Assembly (NCBI GenBank): GCA_963422645.2
Contig: CAXXVO010000011.1
Span: 32,001-96,000 of the forward strand
DNA from: Alphaproteobacteria bacterium
GTDB taxonomy: Bacteria; Pseudomonadota; Alphaproteobacteria; UBA828
Direction: 5' to 3'
Length of the DNA: 64,000 nt
Shown here: piece by piece, positions 44,329-53,448 of the stretch
Layout: each line of letters starts with the position of its first letter
How positions within the stretch are numbered: position 1 is the first letter of the stretch
The notes under the pieces: model-generated
Told to the model about the DNA's origin: nothing
Seen by the model: only the letters and a program-made list of their open reading frames with translations
Databases searched by the model: none
Program-made: the position numbers and the translations under genes

Positions 44329-45329
44329 GCGCGCGTCACACCTTCTTCTGCATCGACGGCCACACCTGCGGCAATCCCGTGCGCGTGGTGGCGGGCGGCG
44401 GGCCGACGCTCTCGGGCGCCACCATGAGCGAGCGGCGCCAGCACTTCCTCCGCGACTACGACTGGATCCGCCGGGCGCTGATGTTCGAGCCCCGCGGCCA
44501 CGACCTGATGTCAGGCGCGGTGCTCTATCCTGCGCTCTCGCCCGATGCCGATATCGCGCTGCTCTTCGTCGAGACCTCGGGCTGCCTGCCGATGTGCGGC
44601 CACGGCACCATCGGCACCGTGACCATCGCGCTCGAACACGGCCTCGTCGCGCCGCGTGACGAGGGCACGTTGGTGCTGGACACGCCGGCGGGCCGGGTCG
44701 AGGCACGCTACCGGCGCAACGGCACGCGCGTCGAAGCCGTGCGCATCACCAACGTGCCGAGCTTCCTGGCGGAGACGGGGGTTGCGGTGGAGTGCCCCGG
44801 TCTCGGTCCTCTCACGGTGGATATTGCCTACGGCGGCAACTTCTACGCGATCGTCGATCCGCAGCCTGGCTATGCCGGGATGGAGGCGTTCTCGGCGGCC
44901 GAGCTGCTGGCGATGAGCTCCGGCCTGCGCGAGGCCTGCAACCGGGTGGTGGAGTGCATCCACCCCGACGATGCGTCAATCGCCGGCGTCAGCCACGTGA
45001 TGTGGACCGGCGCGCCGCAAGACCCGAGCGCCCATGCGCGCAACGCGGTCTTCTATGGCTCGGGCGCGCTCGACCGCTCCCCCTGCGGCACCGGCAGCTC
45101 GGCCCGCATGGCGCAGTGGGCGGCCATGGGCAGGCTCGCGCCCGGCGACGAGTTCGTGCATGAGAGCATCATCGGCAGTCTGTTCCGCTGTCGTGTCGAG
45201 AACACGACGAAGGTGGGCAATCACGATGCGATCGTGCCGAGCATCGAGGGCTGGGCGCGCGTCACCGGGCTCAACACCATCTTCGTGGACGAGGCCGACC
45301 CCTTCGCCCACGGATTCCAGGTGACCTAG
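44325..45329 (+). CDS. 4-hydroxyproline 2-epimerase (proline racemase family)
   Basis: DGHTCGNP, EPRGH, MCGHGTIG, DRSPCGTG (both catalytic Cys); GTG overlaps upstream stop. Confidence 0.9.
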   Translation: MSARHTFFCIDGHTCGNPVRVVAGGGPTLSGATMSERRQHFLRDYDWIRRALMFEPRGHDLMSGAVLYPALSPDADIALLFVETSGCLPMCGHGTIGTVTIALEHGLVAPRDEGTLVLDTPAGRVEARYRRNGTRVEAVRITNVPSFLAETGVAVECPGLGPLTVDIAYGGNFYAIVDPQPGYAGMEAFSAAELLAMSSGLREACNRVVECIHPDDASIAGVSHVMWTGAPQDPSAHARNAVFYGSGALDRSPCGTGSSARMAQWAAMGRLAPGDEFVHESIIGSLFRCRVENTTKVGNHDAIVPSIEGWARVTGLNTIFVDEADPFAHGFQVT

Positions 45330-45514
45330 GCCGATACGACCCGAGCATAAGGCAGAGATATATCAATTATGAGAAATCTATATTGGACGGCATGCCCAGA
45401 TCTCGGCAATGTTGGGCTGCTCGGTTGGGTGCTGCGATGGAATGCACCCCGGCCTTGGCGGATAGCGCACGTCGGCACAACGCGTAAGGCGCGCGTTGAG
45501 GGAGACGAGAGAAT

Positions 45515-46270
45515 ATGACCACGTCCGCCAATCGGAAGCCCGAGCGCATCCATCGAGTGCTGGCGCGCTGCATCGCGCCTGCCTTCGCCGTGCTTGTCAC
45601 CGGCACCCTCGGCCTGGGGTGCGCGGCTTACGGCGATGCGTCGGACGACGCGTCGTCGGGCCCGCAGTCGAGCGATCCCGCCACCGGTGCCTCTGCAACC
45701 TATTCCGTCACATATAGGGGTGCGTGGACATCGACTGCCACGCCAGGGGGCGTCCCCGATGGTGCGCACTTTTCGCCGCTGATCGGCGGCGTGCACAATG
45801 CCGCCGTGGCGTTCTTGGAGACCGGCGGAACGGCCACAGCGGGCATCGAATCCATGGCGGAGCGCGGTCGCACCGCCACCTTGACGAAAGAAATCGAAGC
45901 GGCCGGAGCGAATGCGCTGAGCGTGCTGCGCAAGGAGTCGGGCTCCGGCGCAACGGACTCGTCGACCTTCGACTCAGTCGTGCTCACCGCCGACCATCCC
46001 CACATCACAGTGCTCTCGATGATCGCGCCGAGCCCGGATTGGTTCGTCGGTGTCTTCGGTCTTTCCCTGCTCGATGCCGAGGGCGGCTGGGTCGAGGCGC
46101 TGACGGTGGACCTCCATCCATGGGATGCCGGTACGGAGGAGGGGGACGAGTTCTCGTTCGACAATGCCGCGACCGTGCCGCAGGGCACCATCACCAGCCT
46201 CCGGGGTGCGAGCATGTTCTCGGATGCGCCGATGGCGACGCTGACCTTCACCCTCCAGTCGGCCGAATAG
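45515..46270 (+). CDS. Spondin_N domain protein
   Basis: AHFSPLIGGVH, GIESMAE.G, SMIAPSPDWFVG, WDAGTE. Confidence 0.9.
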   Translation: MTTSANRKPERIHRVLARCIAPAFAVLVTGTLGLGCAAYGDASDDASSGPQSSDPATGASATYSVTYRGAWTSTATPGGVPDGAHFSPLIGGVHNAAVAFLETGGTATAGIESMAERGRTATLTKEIEAAGANALSVLRKESGSGATDSSTFDSVVLTADHPHITVLSMIAPSPDWFVGVFGLSLLDAEGGWVEALTVDLHPWDAGTEEGDEFSFDNAATVPQGTITSLRGASMFSDAPMATLTFTLQSAE

Positions 46271-46345
46271 GATGACCGGAACCCCCGCCGCGGCAACCCA
46301 ACATAGCGTCGAGCCCTCCACCGACGCGGACCCCGATGGCGCGTC

Positions 46346-46732
46346 ATGAAGCGCCGCTTGCCGCTGCTCGCAGCTCTGCTGCTCGCAATCGCAATTGCCG
46401 CGTCCACGCTGACTCTGGGTTCGCGCGCGTCTGCAGACGAGTACAGCGATGCCATGCTCGAAGGTTTCGCCTCCGCCGCCATCGAGGTCAGCAAGCGGAT
46501 TGAGGTTTGGCGGCCTCTCATCGAGAGCGCGGTCGACGAGAACCAGCGCGAGGCCCTGATTGAGGAGGCGCAGGCCGATCTCGCGCGCGCCATCGAAGAG
46601 ACGGAAGGCATCGACGAGGACGAGTACTACGCCATCTACGAGGCCGCGCGGGATGACGAGGCGCTGCGCAGGCGAATAGACGAGATCTTCTCCGCCTACT
46701 TGCAACGCCCGCAGGCCCCTCGCGCCGAGTGA
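46346..46732 (+). CDS. Secreted DUF4168-like helical protein
   Basis: Signal peptide; YSDAMLEGFASA...GIDEDEYYAI...DEALRRRI. Confidence 0.7.
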   Translation: MKRRLPLLAALLLAIAIAASTLTLGSRASADEYSDAMLEGFASAAIEVSKRIEVWRPLIESAVDENQREALIEEAQADLARAIEETEGIDEDEYYAIYEAARDDEALRRRIDEIFSAYLQRPQAPRAE

Positions 46733-46757
46733 CCGCGTATCGAGGAACAGAAGGCCG

Positions 46758-47924
46758 ATGAAGATCAGGAGCATCACGGCGCGCTGGGTGCACGTGCCGA
46801 TCCCCAAGGCGCAGCAGCATAAGAGCGACCTCGGCGTCGCCGACTTCTTCGACGCCACCATCGTGCGGGTCGAGTCCGAATGCGGTCTCGTGGGTTGGGG
46901 CGAGGCGAAGGCCTCGGTCGGCAGCATGGGCAACAACGCGGCGCTGGCTGCGCTGATCAACCGCGATCTGGGCCCGGCGCTGATCGGCGAGGACCCGCGC
47001 AATCCGCGCCGATTGTGGGAGATCGGCTATAGCGGCAGCCGTGCCCATTTCGCGCTGACCCGCGGCCAGGCCTTCCCGGTACTGGACCGTCGCGGCAGCC
47101 GGATCAGCGCCATCGGTGCCATCGACATGGCCTGCTGGGACATCCTGGGCCGCTCCCTCGGGGTGCCCGTGTGGCAGCTGCTCGGCGGCAAGTGCCGGGA
47201 TGCCCTGCCGGCTTACGCCTCCGGCGGCTGGGCACCGGCCGAGGCCATCGGCGCGCAGCTGGAAGGCTACATAGCGCGCGGCGGCTTCAGCGCGGTGAAG
47301 ATGCGGGTCGGCGCGGGCGACGGCGACGTCATCACCTCGGTGCGCCGGGTCCGGGCCGCGCGCGCGCATCTGGGCTGCGACATCCAGATCATGGTGGACG
47401 CCCACGGCACCCTTTCGGTCAAGGAGGCGCTCCGTTTCGTGCGGCTGGTGGAGGGTTGCGGTCTCGCCTGGTTCGAGGAACCGGTGAATGTCGACGACAA
47501 GGCCGGCATGGCTACCGTGCGGGCTGCGAGCGACATCCCCATCGCCGCGGGCGAGAGCGAGTTCACCCGCTTCGATTTCCGCGAGCTTCTGGAGCATCGG
47601 GCCGTTGACTACTTCCAGCCCGATCTCGCCATTGCGGGCGGCATTACCGAGGCCATGCGGATCGCAGCGCTGGCCGAGAGCCACGGCATCAAGCTCGCGC
47701 CCCACCTCTGGGGCGGCGCGCTCAACTTCGCGGCCGGGCTCCAGGTCATGGCCGCCTCGCCTGCGGCGGTCATCGCCGAGTACTCCCTCGGCGCCAACCC
47801 GCTGCTCCACGATCTCGCCGAGGAGAATTTCGAGGTGGTCGACGGCATGATCGCCATCCCCGACCGGCCCGGCCTCGGCGTCACCATCGACGAAGAGTAT
47901 CTCGCCGCGCACACGGTGGATTAA
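46758..47924 (+). CDS. Mandelate racemase / muconate lactonizing enzyme family protein
   Basis: GWGE, IDMACWDI.G, KMR, MVDAH, WFEEP, AGE, QPD, PGLG. Confidence 0.92.
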   Translation: MKIRSITARWVHVPIPKAQQHKSDLGVADFFDATIVRVESECGLVGWGEAKASVGSMGNNAALAALINRDLGPALIGEDPRNPRRLWEIGYSGSRAHFALTRGQAFPVLDRRGSRISAIGAIDMACWDILGRSLGVPVWQLLGGKCRDALPAYASGGWAPAEAIGAQLEGYIARGGFSAVKMRVGAGDGDVITSVRRVRAARAHLGCDIQIMVDAHGTLSVKEALRFVRLVEGCGLAWFEEPVNVDDKAGMATVRAASDIPIAAGESEFTRFDFRELLEHRAVDYFQPDLAIAGGITEAMRIAALAESHGIKLAPHLWGGALNFAAGLQVMAASPAAVIAEYSLGANPLLHDLAEENFEVVDGMIAIPDRPGLGVTIDEEYLAAHTVD

Positions 47925-48003
47925 CTCGCAACTCTCACCGGGGTCATGGTCTGCGCGCAGTTCCGGCCTTCTCAGTCGGGCAGCGCCCTATCGACCACGA
48001 CCC

Positions 48004-48235
48004 TGATGAGACGTGAAGGCCACGCTCCCCCATGGTTGACGGACCGGTGCCGGTGACCTCGGTGAGAAATCCGGGGTAGGCTCACCTCCGAAGGGGAGGC
48101 GGAGACATGACGGACGAACACCAAGCCGCCGGGCATCGCGTGCAAGTGGAGGTGCGGAGCAACGACGACCCCACCTTCGACCTCCGGCCCGCGCACCAGA
48201 GCGTGTTTCACGACGGGGCCCGCCCGTCATTCATC
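48004..48235 (+). ncRNA. Candidate structured RNA; possibly an orphan IS110-type non-coding end
   Basis: Closing stem CGTGAA..CACGCTC (48012-48027) with GAGCGTG.TTCACG (48199-48212); internal hairpins; IS110 likeness is from memory only. Confidence 0.4.
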
Positions 48236-48284
48236 GAACTGCCGGTCATCCGGCGCCGCTGATCGACGAGAGGAGGACCCACCG

Positions 48285-49478
48285 ATGGCCGACGATCGCA
48301 CCTACCTCACGCCCGCGAGCGAAGCCTGGATGAGCGGCCGGCCGGCCTCCGCGGTGGTCAGGGTCGGCGACCTCCTGTTCCTCTCCGGCCAGGGGAGTTT
48401 GACCGACGACGGCCGGGTAGCGGACGCAGGCGACGTCGAGGCCCAGACGCGAAACGCCTTCGCCAGGGTGAGCAAAGTGTTGGAGGCGGCGGGCGCTGGC
48501 ATCGACGACGTGCTCGACGTGATGACCTTTCACAAGGACCCGCGCACGATGGACGCTGCCTTCGGCGTCGGCCGCGACGTGTTCACCGCCCCCTACCCGG
48601 CGTGGACCGCGCTCGGCATGGTGGGGGCGCACGATCCCGGCCTCGAGGTCGTCGTACGGGTGGTCGCTCACGCGGGCGCCGGCGAGAAGCAGGGCGTGAC
48701 CCCGGCGGGTTTCGGCTGGATGGAGGGACTTCCGCTATCGGCCGCCTGTCGCAAGGGCGATTACCTGTTCACCAGCGGCATCGTGGCCGCCGCCGATGGT
48801 GGGGCGGTGGTGGCGCCCGCCAACCACATGGCGCAGGCGCGCTTCTGCTACGACCGGCTCAAGGACGTGATGCAGGCGGCGGGCGGCTCGCTCGACGATA
48901 TCGTCGACATGATCTGCTTCAATCACGACGCCCGCGGCATGGACGCTGCGGTCGATACCTGGTGCAACGAAACCGTCGAGGGGCTCCCCATCGACGAGGC
49001 CACGTCCTACACCGCGATCGGGATGACCGGCCTGCATCGGATAGGCCAGGTCGGCTGCTACCGCGCCATCGCGGACTTCAGCGCTGGCCCCCGGGTCGCG
49101 CACAACCTGCCGAGCATTCACTGGCACGACCAGCGTATCTCGGGTGCAAGCCGCAAGAAGCATGGACGCCTGATCGGCATCTCCGGCCAGGTCGCTTCGG
49201 ACGGGCAGCAGAACATCATCGCCCGGGGCGATGTCGCCTCCCAGGCGCATTACTGCTTCGGCCAGATCCGGGGCGTGCTGGAGAAGCACGGCGCAAGCCT
49301 CGACAACATCGTCGAGATCGTCTCCTTCCACAAGGACCCGAGGGCGTGGGAGACCGTGATGGCGGTGGGCAGCGAGTTGTTCGAGCCTGGCCGCGGCCCG
49401 GCCTGGACGCCCGTCGGCTGCACCGGGCTCTACCTCGAAGGCTACCTGCACGAGATCTACGCGATCGCCATGGAGTGA
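48285..49478 (+). CDS. Protein with three tandem Rid (YjgF/YER057c/UK114) domains
   Basis: Three repeats: LFLSGQ/LFTSGI/IGISGQ ... GIDDV/SLDDI/SLDNI ... PAWT/TSYT/PAWT. Confidence 0.88.
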   Translation: MADDRTYLTPASEAWMSGRPASAVVRVGDLLFLSGQGSLTDDGRVADAGDVEAQTRNAFARVSKVLEAAGAGIDDVLDVMTFHKDPRTMDAAFGVGRDVFTAPYPAWTALGMVGAHDPGLEVVVRVVAHAGAGEKQGVTPAGFGWMEGLPLSAACRKGDYLFTSGIVAAADGGAVVAPANHMAQARFCYDRLKDVMQAAGGSLDDIVDMICFNHDARGMDAAVDTWCNETVEGLPIDEATSYTAIGMTGLHRIGQVGCYRAIADFSAGPRVAHNLPSIHWHDQRISGASRKKHGRLIGISGQVASDGQQNIIARGDVASQAHYCFGQIRGVLEKHGASLDNIVEIVSFHKDPRAWETVMAVGSELFEPGRGPAWTPVGCTGLYLEGYLHEIYAIAME

Positions 49479-49507
49479 AGGCGCGGACGCCGGCCAAGGA
49501 GAAAGAA

Positions 49508-49897
49508 ATGATCACGCTTCATAATCCGGATACGGTCGTGGCGCCCGCGTCATTCTACAGCCAGGCGGCGGAGGTGGGGCCGGGCAAGCGCTGGCTCCAC
49601 ATCTCAGGCCAGGTGGGCGCTGCGCCGGACGGGACGCTCCCGGCTGGCTTCGAGACGCAGAGCGATCAGGTCTGGCGCAACATTGAGGCCCTGCTTGCCG
49701 CCGCCGACATGACGATGTCGAACCTGGTGATCGTGCGGGCGCTGCTGGTGGACCGCGCCCACCTCGGGGCTTACCGGGAGATCAGGGACCGCCACCTGGA
49801 GGGCCATCAGGCGGCGTCGACGCTCCTGATCGTGGCCGGCCTTGCCGATGAGCGCTGGCTGATCGAGATCGAGGCGCTGGCCGCCGCCGATACCTGA
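49508..49897 (+). CDS. Single-domain Rid family protein
   Basis: YSQA, LHISGQVG, AASTLLIVAGLA, LIEIEALA; AAGGAG RBS. Confidence 0.88.
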   Translation: MITLHNPDTVVAPASFYSQAAEVGPGKRWLHISGQVGAAPDGTLPAGFETQSDQVWRNIEALLAAADMTMSNLVIVRALLVDRAHLGAYREIRDRHLEGHQAASTLLIVAGLADERWLIEIEALAAADT

Positions 49898-49905
49898 TCG
49901 GGCGG

Positions 49906-51078
49906 CTATCGGGCGGCGTCGACCTGATCGCCTGCAGCGGCGCCCGCGCCGTTCTCGGCCGAGGTGATGGCGCATTCGGACTCGCGCCACCAGAGCTCCT
50001 CCAGATTGGTGACATCGACGCCACGGTCCCATATCCGCGCCTTGACCGGGCCGATATCGGTATCGAGGGTCTGGTCGAGATACTTGCCCTTGTAGATCGT
50101 CGCACCGCTGGTGCACGGCAGCGCGTTGACGCCGGGCTCGTCGACGGTGGCACCGCGGGGCGCGAGCCTGATCCGCTCCGCCCGCACCGCGACGCAGGCG
50201 GGCGCGCCTCTCTCTGCCGGTCCGGTGCCGCTCCAGGCGCCGCTGATCACGTGGCTGCCGATGCGCACGCTGGCCGTGCCCTTCTGTACGCCCTCGATGG
50301 TCCCTTCGAGTAGGTTCTCCACCCCCATGAAGTCCGCGACGAAGCGGGTCGCCGGTCGGTCGAACAGGTCGGTCGGCGGCCCCTCCTGCACGATCCGCCC
50401 ACGCCGCATCAGGATGATCCGGTCGCTCATGGTGAGCGCCTCTTCCTGGCTGTGGGTGACGTAGATGAAGGTGAGGCCGAGCTTCTCGTGGAGGTCGAGG
50501 AGCTCCACCTGCATGTCGACGCGCAGCTTCTCGTCGAGCGCGCCGAGCGGCTCGTCGAGGAGCAGGATGGCGGGTGCCGTCACCAGCGCGCGGGCCAGCG
50601 CCACCCGCTGGCGCTCGCCGCCGGAGAGCTGGTGCACGCGGCGGCCGTACTTGTCCAGGAGCCGCACCAGGGCGAGCGCGTCCTCCGCCCGCTTGCGGCG
50701 CTGGTCCTTGTCGATGCCACGAACGCGGAGCCCGTACTCGACGTTCTGGCCGACCGACATGTGGGGGAAGAGCGCGTAGTGCTGGAATACCGTCGTGCAG
50801 TTGCGCCGCGACGCCGGGATGACCGAGACATCCTCGCCATCGATGGCGATGCGCGCGATCCGGGTGGGGCGCTCGAGCCCGGCGACGATCCTGAGCAGCG
50901 TCGTCTTGCCCGAGCCGCTCTCCCCCAGCAGGGTGAGGAACTCGCCCCGCCGCGCCGTGATCGACACGTCGTCGAGCGCGACCACATCGCCGAAGCGGTG
51001 GGTCGCGTGCTCGACCTGCAGGATCTGATCGCCGCCGGCCCTAGCAGTGCGCGGCGCGGCTGCCTCACTCGTCGCCAT
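49906..51078 (-). CDS. PotA-like ABC ATPase (orphaned)
   Basis: GESGSGKT, VFQHYALFPH, LSGGERQRVALARA, LLDEP, VTHSQEEA; ATG 51078 overlaps the decayed permease stop. Confidence 0.92.
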   Translation of the reverse strand: MATSEAAAPRTARAGGDQILQVEHATHRFGDVVALDDVSITARRGEFLTLLGESGSGKTTLLRIVAGLERPTRIARIAIDGEDVSVIPASRRNCTTVFQHYALFPHMSVGQNVEYGLRVRGIDKDQRRKRAEDALALVRLLDKYGRRVHQLSGGERQRVALARALVTAPAILLLDEPLGALDEKLRVDMQVELLDLHEKLGLTFIYVTHSQEEALTMSDRIILMRRGRIVQEGPPTDLFDRPATRFVADFMGVENLLEGTIEGVQKGTASVRIGSHVISGAWSGTGPAERGAPACVAVRAERIRLAPRGATVDEPGVNALPCTSGATIYKGKYLDQTLDTDIGPVKARIWDRGVDVTNLEELWWRESECAITSAENGAGAAAGDQVDAAR

Positions 51079-51720
51079 GTCGGCCACCTCCGAAGGCAAG
51101 CTTGATCGAGAGGAAGCTCGGCCCGATGTTCATGATCGTCACCAGTATGCTCTTCGCTTGGATCTGCGGCACGGTCGCGTTGTGCGCGCCCGATTGTATC
51201 CACAAACGGTGTGGCAGTGTGTCTTGTCCTGCACCCATGAAGATACTGAAGGGCAGCCCGAAGAACGACAGCAAAAGGGTGAAGAAGCCCGCCGCGCAGA
51301 TGGCGGCTTCAGGATCGGCACCTCGATCACGCACGCCGCCGACGTGATGAGGGCGAGAACGATCGAAAGCAGCAATGGATCGCCGACCCGGACTATGCTG
51401 CCATGGGCCACGCCGTCGTGCGTGGTGATGTCAGCGCAGATTGCATCCTCGCACCAAGTGAACGTCCAGTCGCCCCCGGCCTTGTTGGCCTCCCGCACCG
51501 CCGGCTGCCAGCACCGGATGGTGTCCCGCGCGTTCTCGAGCGCCTGCAACCCGTGCTCACGTCGCCGAGGCGCCTGACTCGCTGGGTCCCGCCTCCTGCA
51601 GATGTGTCAAACCCAATAACCGCTAGTCGTCCCAATGCCCAGTATCAAGTATCCGTGACAACACCCAAAATGTCGTTGACATGGCAATACCGTGGCCACA
51701 GGATTGGCTTTCGATCGCGC
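51065..51720 (-). pseudogene. Decayed ABC permease(s), PotC/PotB-like
   Basis: Fragments WTFTW...LLSIVLA and AICAAGFFTLLLSF...QDTLP.RLW...PQIQA.S in different frames; upstream limit approximate. Confidence 0.6.
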
Positions 51721-52247
51721 AACGCAAGAGCGATCACGCCAACCAGAGCTGCAATTGGCGCAAGAATGGGAGTTTCGCGAGGTTAAGACGGCACAGAATA
51801 GTCAGCGGCATTGCTTCGCTAACCGAACTGACTACAATGACCAATAGGCACCGTCTCGCGATCATTATACCCCGTACTTGCGGCTGGTGGCGCTGGGGTC
51901 GCGTTATTTGAGAGGCGGATTGACAAGGTATTGGAGGGCTCTGCATCTTGCTGACCCGTAACGAGAAGGCGCCCATTCAGCGAGCATGGCATGATGTTCG
52001 TTGATGGCCAGCGACTCTGTAAGCGGCAATTCCACGCTAATACCTTGTATGTTAATTAATACGGCATTGGCCCAAATAAAATGCACGCCTCAGCCACGAT
52101 GATCCCAGGATCTTCTCAAAGACAATGGGATCGCGAGGGCTTGGACTCTGTATTGTTTGGGATCGATAAAGTGCTTCGGGTGTGGGGACTGCGCGGCACA
52201 ATTGAAGCACCGAACATCCGGATGTATACACGAGGTTGGGTGTCTGG

Positions 52248-53363
52248 ATGACAAACGCTACTCCAGATATCGTGGTGTTTGACCGCGTTCAAAAAAGCTA
52301 CGACGGCGAGACTCTGGTCGTCAAGGATCTCAATCTAAGCATCAAGACCGGCGAGTTTCTTACGATGCTGGGTCCTTCTGGGTCCGGTAAGACCACCTGC
52401 TTGATGATGCTGGCCGGATTTGAGCCGGCCACTCATGGCGAAATCTACTTGAACGATCGGCCGATCAATAAGGTTGCGCCTCATCGACGAAATATCGGGA
52501 TGGTCTTTCAGGACTACGCGTTGTTTCCACATATGACAGTGACGGAAAACCTGGCGTTCCCTCTGAAAGTCCGCAGGATTTCCAAATCGGAAGTCGAGGC
52601 GAAGGTCAAGCGTGCGCTCGACATGGTTCGCCTGCCGGAGTTCGGCAGCCGACGGCCCGGTCAGCTATCCGGCGGGCAGCAACAACGCGTGGCGGTAGCG
52701 CGGGCATTGGTATTCGAGCCCGATCTGGTGCTTATGGATGAGCCACTCGGCGCTTTGGACAAGAATTTGCGGGAGGAAATGCAGTACGAAATCAAGCATC
52801 TCCATGAAGAACTCGGCGTGACCGTGGTTTACGTGACTCATGATCAGGCCGAAGCTTTGACCATGTCCAATCGTATTGCCGTTTTTAATGATGGCGTCAT
52901 TCAGCAGCTTGCAAGTCCCAGCGCGCTTTATGAACAGCCGGAGAATGCCTTCGTTGCGCAGTTCATCGGCGAGAACAATCGTTTATGCGGCAGAGTCAAG
53001 GCGGTCGAGGGGCAGCATTGCCAGGTAGATTTGGATGGCGGCGGCACCATTCGTGCCCTCAATGTAAGGGTTGAAGGAGCGGGTTCACGCACGACGCTCT
53101 CGTTGCGTCCCGAGCGCGTCATCATCGCGCCCCATGAAGAGGAAAAGTGCAACAGGATCGTCGGTCGTGTTCAGGAATTGATCTATCTGGGAGATCATAT
53201 CCGTGCGCGGCTGTCTGTCGCAGGAACAGACGAGTTCGTTGTGAAGATTCCGAATACAGATAGGCATGGGGCGTTGCGCGCGGGCATGGACGTTGACCTG
53301 GGCTGGGCTCCAGATGATTGCCGGGCATTGGATGCTCCAGAGGAGGTAGCTGCGCCCGGTTAG
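52248..53363 (+). CDS. potA: Polyamine ABC transporter ATPase
   Basis: GPSGSGKT, LSGGQQQRVA, MDEPLGALD, TOBE-like C-terminus. Confidence 0.9.
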   Translation: MTNATPDIVVFDRVQKSYDGETLVVKDLNLSIKTGEFLTMLGPSGSGKTTCLMMLAGFEPATHGEIYLNDRPINKVAPHRRNIGMVFQDYALFPHMTVTENLAFPLKVRRISKSEVEAKVKRALDMVRLPEFGSRRPGQLSGGQQQRVAVARALVFEPDLVLMDEPLGALDKNLREEMQYEIKHLHEELGVTVVYVTHDQAEALTMSNRIAVFNDGVIQQLASPSALYEQPENAFVAQFIGENNRLCGRVKAVEGQHCQVDLDGGGTIRALNVRVEGAGSRTTLSLRPERVIIAPHEEEKCNRIVGRVQELIYLGDHIRARLSVAGTDEFVVKIPNTDRHGALRAGMDVDLGWAPDDCRALDAPEEVAAPG

Positions 53364-53448
53364 AGCAGATCAAGGCGCGTCGGCTTGGCCGAGGCGAGGC
53401 TTGAGAACCCGCCGGTGTATCCGGCAAACGAGAGGGGAGTAAGCAGAG

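Noticed and set aside
48003-48030. CTGATGAG as a hammerhead ribozyme core
   Set aside because: No correctly placed GAAA after the candidate stem II and no stems I/III found.
48060-48075. CGGTGAGAAATCCGG as part of a cobalamin or FMN riboswitch
   Set aside because: Other conserved elements (upstream GGGAA, GCCCCCGCAACTGT, B12 box; FMN core) are missing.
51102-52086. Small ORFs such as the Cys-rich 81-aa ORF at 51102-51347
   Set aside because: They lie opposite or within decayed permease sequence and have no recognisable motifs.
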